From Escherichia coli (GTDB lineage Bacteria > Pseudomonadota > Gammaproteobacteria > Enterobacterales > Enterobacteriaceae), in NCBI RefSeq assembly GCF_044647545.1, contig NZ_CP172818.1: a stretch of DNA of 64,000 nt; one strand, 5' to 3'. Position 1 is the first letter of the stretch. Every line of letters begins with the position of its first letter. The notes under the pieces were generated by a model that worked only from the letters and a program-made list of their open reading frames with translations, searched no databases and was not told the origin of the DNA. Below, piece by piece: positions 21,916-32,818 of this stretch. Position numbers and translations under genes: made by a program.

Positions 21916-22199
21916 AGTTGCTGCCTCCCCTGCGTAATAAGGTTTGCGGTCGTGTCGACCTGAAATCAAACCTGTTTAGCAAGGGAAGCAAAGGGGGCGG
22001 AGTCCAGTCAGTCGCAGGAGGGGCGCATACGCAGCCTCCCTCGCCATGCGGGGATTTAATCATCGGCATCATCTCATTTCCTCGTCACAGTCTTAATCGT
22101 TAACGGAAGCCCGTTGCCGCCTGCGCTCCATAACGCGACATCCGGGAAATGTCTGGATTACCAGCAAATGTCAGGCCTGGCTCCGCTCAGGCCGATGAA

Positions 22200-22216
22200 A
22201 CAACCCCGCAAGGGGT
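22200..22216 (-). terminator. Hairpin directly after puuA stop
   Basis: CCCCGCAAGGGG stem-loop followed on the minus strand by GTTGTTTC. Confidence 0.45.
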
Positions 22217-22217
22217 A

Positions 22218-23636
22218 TTACGCGTTTTTCAACATCCACTCAATTTCTGTTTCTGTGATGAGGCGCTCAAACTGCAACAGCTCATCATTTTTACAGGCGT
22301 GATAGACATGGCAGAAGCGTTCGCCTAAATAGCGGCGCAGGTGATCATTCTCGATAAACTCACCCAGGGCATCGCTCTGGCGAATCGGGAAGGGTAAGCC
22401 TTCCTGTTCCAGCCCGTTACCTTCGACTTCTTCCTGTAATGGCAGTTCGTTATCAAGGCCATGCAAAATACCGGCAAAAATCGCCGCCATCACCAGATAC
22501 GGGTTGGCATCGGCACCCGCCACGCGATATTCCACGCGGTGATTATGGCGATCGCCGCAGGGAATACGCAGGGCGACGGTGCGGTTGTTATGGCCCCACG
22601 ACGCCTGCGTCGGTACATACATACCTGGCTGGAAGCGGCGATACGAGTTCACGTTTGGTGCCAGCAACGCCATTGATGACGGCATCAGGTCAATCATCCC
22701 GGCAAGCATCTTTTTCAGCAGCGGCGAATCTTCGCCTTCCGCGTCAGAAAGCACGTTCTCGCCACGGTTATTTTGCATACTGATATGGATATGCATCCCG
22801 CTGCCCGCGTGCTCTTCATACGGCTTCGCCATAAAAGTGGCGTGCATCTTATGCTTTTCTGCCATCAGACGCACCAGGCGTTTTAGTGCCAGCGCATCAT
22901 CGCAAGCTTCCAGCACGTTATCGGTATGGTAAAGATTGATTTCAAACTGACCCGGCGAGGCCTCAGCGACCGCGCCATCAGCCGGAATCAGCTGTAACTG
23001 CGCCAGTTCATCAATATCATTGAGCACGTCGGCGAAGTGGTTGAGATTATCAACGGAGTAAACCTGGCTTTGTGTATTGCGGTCATCGGTGCCGGGCGCG
23101 CAGGGCGGTTGCAGATACCCTTCAGCGTCGCGCTGGCGATCCAGTAAATAGAACTCCAGCTCTACCGCTACGACCGGGAACAATCCGCGCTGGCGCAGCT
23201 GCTGCCACAGGCGGTTAAGAACGTTCCGCGGCTCAACGTCAAAGGGAGCGCCATCTTCATCGACCATGGTCAGGAGCATCTGACCGATAAACTCTGGATC
23301 GGCGGCAGAAGGGGTTAAGGAACCGAGAACAGGAACACAGGTACGATCCGGCTCGCCCATTTCCTGACCCAGGCCCGCTTCTTCTACTACGTTGCCCAGA
23401 ATATCCATTGCAAACACCGAGGCCGGGAAATAACACCCTTTCTCGAGCTTCTTCAGGCTTGAAACAGGAATACGTTTTCCACGGAAGCAACCATTCAAAT
23501 CGGTAAGTAAAACATCAACATATTGCGTATTCGGGTAGCGCTCCAGGTAGCGTTTCACTTCCTGCGTAAAGGCGCTACCCCGCCTCTCTTCTGACTGCTG
23601 AACAAAGTTCTCTACTTCAACGATATTGGTTTCCAT
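22218..23636 (-). CDS. puuA: Gamma-glutamylputrescine synthetase PuuA (glutamine synthetase family)
   Basis: ORF 22218..23714; start at internal ATG (METNIVEVENF...) giving 472 aa. Confidence 0.95.
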   Translation of the reverse strand: METNIVEVENFVQQSEERRGSAFTQEVKRYLERYPNTQYVDVLLTDLNGCFRGKRIPVSSLKKLEKGCYFPASVFAMDILGNVVEEAGLGQEMGEPDRTCVPVLGSLTPSAADPEFIGQMLLTMVDEDGAPFDVEPRNVLNRLWQQLRQRGLFPVVAVELEFYLLDRQRDAEGYLQPPCAPGTDDRNTQSQVYSVDNLNHFADVLNDIDELAQLQLIPADGAVAEASPGQFEINLYHTDNVLEACDDALALKRLVRLMAEKHKMHATFMAKPYEEHAGSGMHIHISMQNNRGENVLSDAEGEDSPLLKKMLAGMIDLMPSSMALLAPNVNSYRRFQPGMYVPTQASWGHNNRTVALRIPCGDRHNHRVEYRVAGADANPYLVMAAIFAGILHGLDNELPLQEEVEGNGLEQEGLPFPIRQSDALGEFIENDHLRRYLGERFCHVYHACKNDELLQFERLITETEIEWMLKNA

Positions 23637-23679
23637 GATTCTTCGCCTTTGGTTTGTTTTCCGCTCGTTATCAAAGCGT

Positions 23680-23694
23680 AAAATATAATGACCA
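23680..23694. promoter_or_regulatory. Putative PuuR operator in puuA-puuD divergent promoter region
   Basis: AAAATATAATGACCA, close to the PuuR box as I recall it (AAAATATAATGAACA); a second similar site is at 23777..23791. Confidence 0.45.
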
Positions 23695-23776
23695 CTATTC
23701 GAATCTGTATGCAAACTAAATGTTTGTCAAATGTTAAATTGAGTTTGCAAAAATGAAAACCCGCTGCTAGATTGAA

Positions 23777-23791
23777 AAAATATTGAACATA
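23777..23791. promoter_or_regulatory. Putative second PuuR operator
   Basis: AAAATATTGAACATA, related to the site at 23680..23694. Confidence 0.4.
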
Positions 23792-23847
23792 AAGGTCATT
23801 TAAAGCGCAGTAATGGCGATAATTTAGTCCACTTTGTGAGATTGAGC

Positions 23848-24612
23848 ATGGAAAATATAATGAACAATCCGGTTATCGGTGTCGTAATGTGCAGGAACAG
23901 GCTTAAGGGTCATGCGACCCAGACTCTGCAAGAAAAGTACCTGAATGCCATCATCCACGCAGGCGGCTTGCCAATTGCGCTGCCACATGCGCTGGCGGAA
24001 CCGTCATTACTTGAACAACTTTTGCCGAAACTCGATGGTATTTATCTTCCTGGTAGTCCCAGCAATGTGCAGCCGCACCTATATGGTGAAAACGGCGATG
24101 AGCCTGACGCCGATCCCGGGCGTGATCTTCTGAGCATGGCGTTAATTAATGCCGCACTCGAAAGGCGCATCCCCATTTTCGCCATCTGCCGGGGTTTACA
24201 GGAACTGGTGGTGGCAACCGGTGGTTCGTTGCATCGCAAGCTGTGCGAACAGCCTGAATTGCTGGAACATCGGGAAGATCCCGAACTGCCGGTGGAGCAG
24301 CAATATGCGCCGTCGCATGAAGTTCTGGTTGAAGAGGGGGGATTACTGTCTGCGTTGTTACCTGAATGTAGCAACTTTTGGGTAAACTCTCTGCATGGAC
24401 AAGGGGCGAAGGTCGTTAGCCCACGGTTGCGTGTTGAAGCTCGCTCGCCGGATGGCTTAGTTGAGGCGGTTAGCGTCATCAATCATCCTTTTGCGCTGGG
24501 CGTACAGTGGCACCCGGAATGGAACAGTAGCGAGTACGCGCTTTCGCGTATATTGTTCGAGGGCTTTATCACCGCTTGTCAGCACCATATCGCTGAAAAA
24601 AAGCGACTCTGA
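23848..24612 (+). CDS. puuD: Gamma-glutamyl-GABA hydrolase PuuD (class I glutamine amidotransferase-like)
   Basis: ORF 23836..24612; start at MENIMNNPVIGVV...; 254 aa; catalytic Cys in AICRG. Confidence 0.93.
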   Translation: MENIMNNPVIGVVMCRNRLKGHATQTLQEKYLNAIIHAGGLPIALPHALAEPSLLEQLLPKLDGIYLPGSPSNVQPHLYGENGDEPDADPGRDLLSMALINAALERRIPIFAICRGLQELVVATGGSLHRKLCEQPELLEHREDPELPVEQQYAPSHEVLVEEGGLLSALLPECSNFWVNSLHGQGAKVVSPRLRVEARSPDGLVEAVSVINHPFALGVQWHPEWNSSEYALSRILFEGFITACQHHIAEKKRL

Positions 24613-24638
24613 CCACTACAGTTTAAGGAAATGCAAAT

Positions 24639-25196
24639 ATGAGTGATGAGGGACTGGCGCCAGGAAAACGCTTGTCGGAAATCCGCCAGCAGCAGGGGCT
24701 TTCACAACGTCGTGCCGCCGAACTCTCCGGGCTGACTCACAGTGCTATCAGTACGATAGAACAAGATAAAGTCAGCCCTGCCATCAGTACGCTGCAAAAG
24801 CTGCTGAAGGTGTATGGTCTGTCACTCTCGGAATTCTTTTCCGAGCCGGAAAAACCTGATGAGCCGCAGGTCGTCATTAATCAGGACGACTTAATTGAGA
24901 TGGGCAGTCAGGGTGTGTCAATGAAGCTGGTTCATAACGGTAACCCGAATCGCACGCTGGCGATGATCTTTGAAACTTACCAGCCGGGCACAACCACTGG
25001 GGAAAGAATTAAGCATCAGGGTGAGGAAATAGGCACTGTACTGGAAGGTGAAATTGTTCTGACCATTAATGGTCAGGATTATCATCTCGTCGCGGGGCAA
25101 AGTTATGCCATTAATACCGGCATCCCGCACAGTTTCAGTAATACGTCGGCAGGTATTTGCCGAATTATCAGCGCCCATACGCCCACCACGTTTTAA
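24639..25196 (+). CDS. puuR: Transcriptional repressor PuuR (HTH-XRE plus cupin)
   Basis: 185-aa ORF; N-terminal XRE HTH (LSQRRAAELSGLTHSAISTIEQDK) and C-terminal cupin. Confidence 0.95.
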   Translation: MSDEGLAPGKRLSEIRQQQGLSQRRAAELSGLTHSAISTIEQDKVSPAISTLQKLLKVYGLSLSEFFSEPEKPDEPQVVINQDDLIEMGSQGVSMKLVHNGNPNRTLAMIFETYQPGTTTGERIKHQGEEIGTVLEGEIVLTINGQDYHLVAGQSYAINTGIPHSFSNTSAGICRIISAHTPTTF

Positions 25197-25344
25197 TCTT
25201 TTTGTTCTGTAAGCCGGGTAAGCGCAATGCGCCCGGCAATCATAAAGAATGTCGCCAGAAATAAACGGGCATACGGCCCGGGGATCTCTGCGCCCTGACG
25301 TTCACAAACTGCATATATCTGATAGACGTGAAACAGGAGTCATA

Positions 25345-26832
25345 ATGAATTTTTATCATCTGGCTTACTGGCAGGATAAAGCGTTAAGTCTCGCCATTGA
25401 AACCCGCTTATTTATTAACGGTGAATATACTGCTGCGGAGGAAAATGAAACTTTTGAAACCGTTGATCCGGTCACCCAGGCACCGCTGGCGAAAATTGCC
25501 CGCGGCAAGAGCGTCGATATCGACCGTGCGGTGAGCGCAGCACGCGGCGTATTTGAACGCGGCGACTGGTCACTCTCTTCTCCGGCTAAACGTAAAGCGG
25601 TACTGAATAAACTCGCCGATTTAATGGAAGCCAACGCCGAAGAGCTGGCACTGCTGGAAACGCTCGACACCGGCAAACCGATTCGTCACAGCCTGCGTGA
25701 TGATATTCCCGGCGCGGCGCGCGCCATTCGCTGGTACGCCGAAGCGATCGACAAAGTGTATGGCGAAGTGGCGACCACCAGTAGCCATGAGCTGGCGATG
25801 ATCGTGCGTGAACCGGTCGGCGTGATTGCCGCCATCGTGCCGTGGAACTTCCCGCTGCTGCTGACTTGCTGGAAACTCGGCCCGGCGCTGGCGGCGGGAA
25901 ACAGCGTGATTCTAAAACCGTCTGAAAAATCACCGCTCAGTGCGATTCGTCTCGCGGGGCTGGCGAAAGAAGCGGGGCTGCCGGATGGTGTGTTGAACGT
26001 GGTGACGGGTTTTGGTCATGAAGCCGGGCAGGCGCTTTCGCGCCATAACGATATCGATGCCATTGCCTTTACTGGCTCAACCCGCACCGGGAAACAGCTG
26101 CTGAAGGACGCGGGCGACAGCAACATGAAACGCGTCTGGCTGGAGGCGGGCGGCAAAAGCGCCAACATCGTTTTCGCCGACTGCCCGAATTTGCAACAGG
26201 CGGCAAGCGCCACCGCCGCAGGCATTTTCTACAACCAGGGCCAGGTGTGCATCGCCGGAACGCGTTTGTTGCTGGAAGAGAGCATTGCCGATGAATTCTT
26301 AGCCCTGTTAAAACAGCAGGCGCAAAACTGGCAGCCGGGCCATCCACTTGATCCCGCAACCACCATGGGCACCTTAATCGACTGCGCCCACGCCGACTCG
26401 GTCCATAGCTTTATTCGGGAAGGCGAAAGCAAAGGGCAACTGCTGCTGGATGGCCGTAACGCCGAGCTGGCTGCCGCCATCGGCCCGACCATCTTTGTGG
26501 AGGTAGACCCGAATGCGTCCTTAAGCCGCGAAGAGATTTTCGGTCCGGTGCTGGTGGTCACGCGTTTCACATCAGAAGAACAGGCGCTACAGCTTGCCAA
26601 CGACAGCCAGTACGGACTTGGCGCGGCGGTATGGACGCGCGACCTCTCCCGCGCGCACCGCATGAGTCGCCGCCTGAAAGCCGGCTCCGTCTTCGTCAAT
26701 AACTACAACGACGGCGATATGACCGTGCCGTTTGGCGGCTATAAGCAGAGCGGCAACGGGCGCGACAAATCCCTGCATGCCCTTGAAAAATTCACCGAAC
26801 TGAAAACCATCTGGATAAGCCTGGAGGCCTGA
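25345..26832 (+). CDS. puuC: Gamma-glutamyl-gamma-aminobutyraldehyde dehydrogenase PuuC
   Basis: ORF 25249..26832; start at internal ATG after AGGAG (MNFYHLAYWQDK...); 495 aa; ALDH catalytic Cys in GQVCIAG. Confidence 0.95.
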   Translation: MNFYHLAYWQDKALSLAIETRLFINGEYTAAEENETFETVDPVTQAPLAKIARGKSVDIDRAVSAARGVFERGDWSLSSPAKRKAVLNKLADLMEANAEELALLETLDTGKPIRHSLRDDIPGAARAIRWYAEAIDKVYGEVATTSSHELAMIVREPVGVIAAIVPWNFPLLLTCWKLGPALAAGNSVILKPSEKSPLSAIRLAGLAKEAGLPDGVLNVVTGFGHEAGQALSRHNDIDAIAFTGSTRTGKQLLKDAGDSNMKRVWLEAGGKSANIVFADCPNLQQAASATAAGIFYNQGQVCIAGTRLLLEESIADEFLALLKQQAQNWQPGHPLDPATTMGTLIDCAHADSVHSFIREGESKGQLLLDGRNAELAAAIGPTIFVEVDPNASLSREEIFGPVLVVTRFTSEEQALQLANDSQYGLGAAVWTRDLSRAHRMSRRLKAGSVFVNNYNDGDMTVPFGGYKQSGNGRDKSLHALEKFTELKTIWISLEA

Positions 26833-26833
26833 A

Positions 26834-28114
26834 ATGACCGAACATACCAGCAGTTACTACGCCGCCAGTGCGAATAAATACGCGCCATTCGACACGCTGA
26901 ATGAGTCGATTTCCTGCGACGTTTGCGTGGTCGGTGGCGGCTATACCGGGCTTTCCTCCGCGCTGCATCTGGCGGAAGCGGGCTTTGATGTAGTGGTTCT
27001 CGAAGCCTCACGCATCGGCTTCGGCGCAAGCGGACGCAATGGCGGGCAGCTTGTGAACTCCTACAGCCGCGACATCGACGTGATCGAAAAAAGCTACGGC
27101 ATGGACACCGCCCGTATGCTCGGCAGCATGATGTTTGAAGGCGGAGAGATCATCCGCGAACGTATCAAACGTTATCAGATTGACTGCGACTACCGCCCCG
27201 GCGGCCTGTTTGTGGCGATGAATGATAAACAGCTCGCCACACTCGAAGAGCAGAAAGAGAACTGGGAACGCTACGGCAATAAACAGCTGGAGCTGCTGGA
27301 TGCCAACGCCATTCGCCGTGAAGTAGCCAGCGATCGCTACACTGGTGCGCTGCTGGATCACAGCGGTGGGCATATTCACCCGCTAAACCTCGCCATTGGT
27401 GAAGCCGATGCCATCCGCCTGAACGGAGGGCGCGTGTATGAGCTTTCCGCCGTGACGCAGATCCAGCACACCACGCCAGCCGTGGTGCGGACTGCCAATG
27501 GTCAGGTGACGGCGAAGTATGTGATTGTCGCCGGGAATGCGTATCTGGGCGATAAAGTAGAGCCGGAACTAGCGAAACGCAGCATGCCGTGCGGCACGCA
27601 GGTGATCACCACTGAACGGCTGTCGGAAGATTTAGCCCGTTCGCTGATTCCGAAAAACTACTGTGTGGAAGACTGTAACTATCTGCTTGATTACTACCGT
27701 CTTACCGCCGATAACCGCCTGCTGTACGGCGGCGGCGTGGTCTACGGCGCGCGCGACCCGGATGACGTTGAGCGCCTTGTGGTGCCGAAACTGCTGAAAA
27801 CCTTCCCGCAGCTGAAGGGCGTGAAAATTGATTACCGCTGGACGGGCAACTTCCTGCTGACCCTGTCACGCATGCCGCAGTTTGGTCGCCTCGATACCAA
27901 CATCTACTACATGCAGGGCTACAGCGGCCACGGCGTCACCTGTACCCATCTTGCCGGGCGTTTGATTGCTGAACTGCTGCGCGGTGACGCCGAACGCTTC
28001 GACGCCTTCGCCAATCTGCCGCATTACCCGTTCCCCGGCGGGCGCACGCTGCGCGTTCCGTTTACCGCGATGGGCGCGGCTTATTACAGCCTGCGCGATC
28101 GTCTGGGCGTTTAA
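26834..28114 (+). CDS. puuB: Gamma-glutamylputrescine oxidoreductase PuuB (FAD-dependent)
   Basis: 426-aa ORF with FAD-binding GGGYTG motif. Confidence 0.95.
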   Translation: MTEHTSSYYAASANKYAPFDTLNESISCDVCVVGGGYTGLSSALHLAEAGFDVVVLEASRIGFGASGRNGGQLVNSYSRDIDVIEKSYGMDTARMLGSMMFEGGEIIRERIKRYQIDCDYRPGGLFVAMNDKQLATLEEQKENWERYGNKQLELLDANAIRREVASDRYTGALLDHSGGHIHPLNLAIGEADAIRLNGGRVYELSAVTQIQHTTPAVVRTANGQVTAKYVIVAGNAYLGDKVEPELAKRSMPCGTQVITTERLSEDLARSLIPKNYCVEDCNYLLDYYRLTADNRLLYGGGVVYGARDPDDVERLVVPKLLKTFPQLKGVKIDYRWTGNFLLTLSRMPQFGRLDTNIYYMQGYSGHGVTCTHLAGRLIAELLRGDAERFDAFANLPHYPFPGGRTLRVPFTAMGAAYYSLRDRLGV

Positions 28115-28151
28115 TTTCCGATTAACAGTGAAGAGTCAAAAGGTGTGAAAC

Positions 28152-29417
28152 ATGAGCAACAATGAATTCCATCAGCGTCGTCTTTCTGCTACCCCTCGCG
28201 GGGTTGGCGTGATGTGTAACTTCTTCGCCCAGTCGGCAGAAAACGCCATGCTGAAGGACGTAGAGGGCAACGAATACATCGATTTCGCCGCAGGCATTGC
28301 GGTGCTGAATATCGGGCATCGCCACCCTGATCTGGTCGCGGCGGTGGAGCAGCAATTGCAACAGTTTACCCACACGGCGTATCAGATTGTGCCGTACGAA
28401 AGCTACGTCACCCTGGCGGAGAAAATCAACGCCCTTGCCCCGGTGAGCGGGCAGGCTAAAACTGCGTTCTTCACCACCGGTGCGGAAGCGGTGGAGAACG
28501 CGGTGAAAATCGCCCGCGCCCATACCGGACGCCCTGGCGTGATTGCGTTTAGCGGCGGCTTCCACGGTCGTACATATATGACCATGGCGCTGACCGGAAA
28601 GGTCGCGCCGTACAAAATCGGCTTCGGCCCGTTCCCCGGTTCGGTATATCACGTACCTTATCCGACAGATTTACATGGCGTTTCAACGCAGGACTCTCTC
28701 GACGCCATCGAACGCTTGTTTAAATCGGACATTGAAGCGAAGCAGGTGGCGGCGATTATTTTCGAACCGGTGCAGGGCGAAGGCGGTTTCAACGTTGCAC
28801 CAAAAGAGCTGGTTGCCGCCATTCGCCGCCTGTGCGACGAGCACGGCATTGTGATGATTGCCGATGAAGTGCAAAGCGGCTTTGCGCGTACCGGTAAACT
28901 GTTTGCCATGGATCACTACGCCGATAAGCCGGACTTAATGACGATGGCGAAAAGCCTCGCGGGCGGCATGCCGCTTTCGGGCGTGGTCGGTAACGCGAAT
29001 ATTATGGACGCGCCCGCGCCGGGCGGGTTGGGTGGTACTTACGCCGGGAACCCGCTGGCGGTGGCTGCCGCGCACGCTGTGCTCAACATTATCGACAAAG
29101 AATCACTCTGTGAACGCGCGAATCAACTGGGCCAGCGCCTGACAAACACGTTGATTGATGCCAAAGAAAGCGTTCCGGCCATCGCGGCGGTACGCGGTCT
29201 GGGGTCTATGATTGCGGCAGAGTTTAACGATCCGCAAACGGGCGAGCCGTCAGCGGCGATTGCACAGAAAATCCAGCAACGCGCGCTGGCGCAGGGGCTG
29301 CTCCTGCTGACCTGTGGCGCATACGGCAACGTGATTCGTTTCCTGTATCCGCTGACCATCCCGGATGCGCAATTCGATGCGGCAATGAAAATTTTGCAGG
29401 ATGCGCTGAAAGATTAA
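28152..29417 (+). CDS. puuE: 4-aminobutyrate aminotransferase PuuE (PLP-dependent)
   Basis: 421-aa class-III aminotransferase ORF. Confidence 0.95.
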   Translation: MSNNEFHQRRLSATPRGVGVMCNFFAQSAENAMLKDVEGNEYIDFAAGIAVLNIGHRHPDLVAAVEQQLQQFTHTAYQIVPYESYVTLAEKINALAPVSGQAKTAFFTTGAEAVENAVKIARAHTGRPGVIAFSGGFHGRTYMTMALTGKVAPYKIGFGPFPGSVYHVPYPTDLHGVSTQDSLDAIERLFKSDIEAKQVAAIIFEPVQGEGGFNVAPKELVAAIRRLCDEHGIVMIADEVQSGFARTGKLFAMDHYADKPDLMTMAKSLAGGMPLSGVVGNANIMDAPAPGGLGGTYAGNPLAVAAAHAVLNIIDKESLCERANQLGQRLTNTLIDAKESVPAIAAVRGLGSMIAAEFNDPQTGEPSAAIAQKIQQRALAQGLLLLTCGAYGNVIRFLYPLTIPDAQFDAAMKILQDALKD

Positions 29418-29435
29418 TAGCCCAACGCAATAATG

Positions 29436-29516
29436 TCTAATGCGCTGCGCTTATCAGGCCTGCAAACGACGTATTGATTATGTATGCCGGATAAAGCATT
29501 CACGCCGCATCCGGCA
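29436..29516. repeat. Pair of REP elements (BIME-like) between convergent puuE and pspF
   Basis: ATGCGCTGCGCTTATCAGGCCTGCA and ATGCCGGATAAAGCATTCACGCCGCATCCGGCA in opposite orientation. Confidence 0.8.
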
Positions 29517-29536
29517 AGTTGTATTGCCCAACTTCG

Positions 29537-30514
29537 CTAAATCTGGTGCTTTTTCAACAACGCGCGGAACTGATGATAGGTTAACCCCAGCAATTCAGCT
29601 GCGCGCTTCTGGTTATATTTCCCTTGTTGCAAACTGAGTTGCAGCAACTCTTTTTCCTGCTGCATCTGAAACTCACGTAAATCCAGCGGCAGTGTTGGAA
29701 GCGAGGTGATTTCTGAAACGGCGATAGCGTCTTCAGGCGGACGCCGTTTAAAGGGATCAATAATGATGTCATCAAGCGGATAATCGCTGGTGCCGTGGCG
29801 ATACACTGAACGTTCCACCACGTTTTTCAATTCACGAATATTTCCCGGCCAGCGATAATTCAGCAATGTTTCTCTGGCGCGCTCCGTAAAACCCGGGAAC
29901 AGAGGCAGCTTGATTTCCCGACACATCTGAATGGCAAAGTGTTCTGCCATCAGCATAATGTCGCTTTCGCGCTCGCGCAGGGGCGGCAGTTGCACTACAT
30001 CGAAAGCCAGCCGGTCGAGCAGGTCAGCGCGAAAAGTACCTTCATTGACCATCGCCGGGAGATCGGCATTCGTCGCGCATACCAACCGCACATTCACCTG
30101 CAATGGCTGGCTACCGCCAACGCGCTCCAGTTCACCGTACTCAATCACACGCAATAATTTTTCCTGCACCATCATCGGTGCCGTAGCGAGTTCATCAAGA
30201 AATAGCGTACCGCCATCGGCACGTTCAAATCTCCCAGGATGACGTTTTTGCGCACCGGTAAACGCCCCCGCTTCGTGACCAAACAGTTCGGAATCCAGCA
30301 GATTTTCATTTAACGCCGCGCAGTTAAGGGAAATAAACGGCCCTTGCCAACGGGAGGAGAGATAATGCAGACGGCTGGCAATCAGCTCTTTACCTGTGCC
30401 GCGCTCGCCGATGATGAGCACCGGTTTGTCCAGCGGTGCGAGATGCGAAACCTGTTCCAGCACTTCGAGAAAGCTGTTCGCCTCACCGAGTAAATTATCT
30501 TTGTATTCTGCCAT
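29537..30514 (-). CDS. pspF: Sigma-54-dependent activator PspF (AAA+ enhancer-binding protein)
   Basis: ORF 29537..30529; start at MAEYKDNLLGEANSF...; 325 aa; Walker A GERGTGKE and GAFTGA motif. Confidence 0.95.
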   Translation of the reverse strand: MAEYKDNLLGEANSFLEVLEQVSHLAPLDKPVLIIGERGTGKELIASRLHYLSSRWQGPFISLNCAALNENLLDSELFGHEAGAFTGAQKRHPGRFERADGGTLFLDELATAPMMVQEKLLRVIEYGELERVGGSQPLQVNVRLVCATNADLPAMVNEGTFRADLLDRLAFDVVQLPPLRERESDIMLMAEHFAIQMCREIKLPLFPGFTERARETLLNYRWPGNIRELKNVVERSVYRHGTSDYPLDDIIIDPFKRRPPEDAIAVSEITSLPTLPLDLREFQMQQEKELLQLSLQQGKYNQKRAAELLGLTYHQFRALLKKHQI

Positions 30515-30608
30515 GATGAAATTCGCCACTTGTTAGTGTAATTCGCTAATTCATCCTGGCATGTTGCTGTTGATTCTTCAATCAGATCTTTATAAATCAA
30601 AAAGATAA

Positions 30609-31349
<741 letters not shown>

Positions 31350-31402
31350 TAACATCCAGGCGGCGTCCGAACGCGCCGCCGCTCATCGTCTAAGGAGTCC
31401 TT

Positions 31403-31627
31403 ATGAGCGCGCTATTTCTGGCTATTCCGTTAACCATTTTTGTGCTGTTTGTTTTACCGATCTGGTTATGGCTGCATTACAGCAATCGTTCTGGTCGCAG
31501 TGAATTGTCGCAAAGTGAGCAGCAGCGATTAGCGCAACTGGCTGATGAAGCAAAACGGATGCGCGAACGTATTCAGGCGCTGGAATCCATTCTTGATGCA
31601 GAACATCCGAACTGGAGGGATCGCTAA
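31403..31627 (+). CDS. pspB: Phage shock protein B
   Basis: 74-aa single-TM ORF. Confidence 0.95.
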   Translation: MSALFLAIPLTIFVLFVLPIWLWLHYSNRSGRSELSQSEQQRLAQLADEAKRMRERIQALESILDAEHPNWRDR

Positions 31628-31986
31628 TGGCGGGCATTAATCTCAATAAAAAATTATGGCGTATTCCACAGCAGGGCATGGTCCGTGGCGTCTGCGCCGG
31701 GATTGCCAACTATTTTGATGTACCAGTAAAACTGGTGCGTATCCTGGTGGTGCTGTCGATTTTCTTCGGTCTGGCGCTGTTTACCCTGGTTGCTTACATC
31801 ATTTTGTCATTTGCGCTTGATCCAATGCCGGACAACATGGCCTTTGGTGAGCAGCTACCTTCCAGCAGTGAATTGCTGGATGAAGTCGACCGTGAACTGG
31901 CGGCAAGTGAAACGCGTTTACGCGAGATGGAACGTTATGTCACTTCCGATACTTTCACGTTACGTAGCCGTTTCCGTCAACTGTGA
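31627..31986 (+). CDS. pspC: Phage shock protein C
   Basis: 119-aa ORF; start overlaps the pspB stop. Confidence 0.95.
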
Positions 31987-31994
31987 GGAAAGTT

Positions 31995-32216
31995 ATGAAT
32001 ACTCGCTGGCAACAGGCCGGGCAAAAGGTGAAGCCTGGTTTCAAATTAGCAGGCAAGCTGGTACTTCTTACCGCACTGCGCTATGGCCCGGCGGGTGTGG
32101 CGGGCTGGGCGATAAAATCAGTTGCTCGCCGACCGCTGAAAATGTTGCTGGCTGTGGCGCTGGAACCGCTGTTAAGTCGGGCTGCCAATAAACTGGCGCA
32201 GCGTTATAAAAGGTGA
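31995..32216 (+). CDS. pspD: Phage shock protein D
   Basis: ORF 31983..32216; start at ATG 31995 after GAGGAA; 73 aa. Confidence 0.9.
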
Positions 32217-32290
32217 GGGGAGTTTCGCAAAAATTGTTAAAGCTAAGGCGTATTATGGATGGCAATTTTCATCCATAGAAGGACGCTTAC

Positions 32291-32605
32291 ATGTTTAAAA
32301 AAGGCTTACTTGCTCTGGCACTGGTGTTTTCACTGCCCGTTTTCGCCGCTGAACACTGGATCGATGTTCGTGTTCCTGAGCAGTATCAGCAAGAGCACGT
32401 TCAGGGGGCCATCAATATTCCCCTGAAGGAAGTGAAAGAGCGCATTGCCACCGCCGTTCCGGATAAAAACGACACCGTGAAAGTGTATTGCAATGCCGGA
32501 CGCCAGTCAGGGCAGGCAAAAGACATCCTTAGCGAGATGGGATATACCCACGTTGAGAACGCCGGCGGCCTGAAAGACATCGCAATGCCGAAGGTCAAAG
32601 GTTAA
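32291..32605 (+). CDS. pspE: Thiosulfate sulfurtransferase PspE (periplasmic rhodanese)
   Basis: 104-aa ORF with signal peptide and rhodanese active-site Cys (CNAGRQS). Confidence 0.95.
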   Translation: MFKKGLLALALVFSLPVFAAEHWIDVRVPEQYQQEHVQGAINIPLKEVKERIATAVPDKNDTVKVYCNAGRQSGQAKDILSEMGYTHVENAGGLKDIAMPKVKG

Positions 32606-32618
32606 AAGAATCCACCCT

Positions 32619-32647
32619 AAGCGGCGCTTATGCGCCGTTTACTTTTT
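32619..32647 (+). terminator. Intrinsic terminator after pspE
   Basis: AAGCGGCGC-TTAT-GCGCCGTTT hairpin followed by ACTTTTT. Confidence 0.6.
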
Positions 32648-32818
32648 CTGTCACACCTTATTTACATCCCCATAGATTATTTGCGTCAGCTCACAAATAC
32701 GCTTTTTCCCTGGTAAAAAATGATTTCCTGCGTGACTAAAACCCTTGTGCTCAATTGACAGTTTATTTTCTGCGGAGTAGTCTCTCGCTTCATGGGACCG
32801 CTACCACGGAAAGGCAAC

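Noticed and set aside
29436-29516. Possible CRISPR-like array among the GC-rich palindromes
   Set aside because: Only two or three units, no regular repeat-spacer periodicity, no cas genes anywhere in the window; the sequences match REP/BIME elements.
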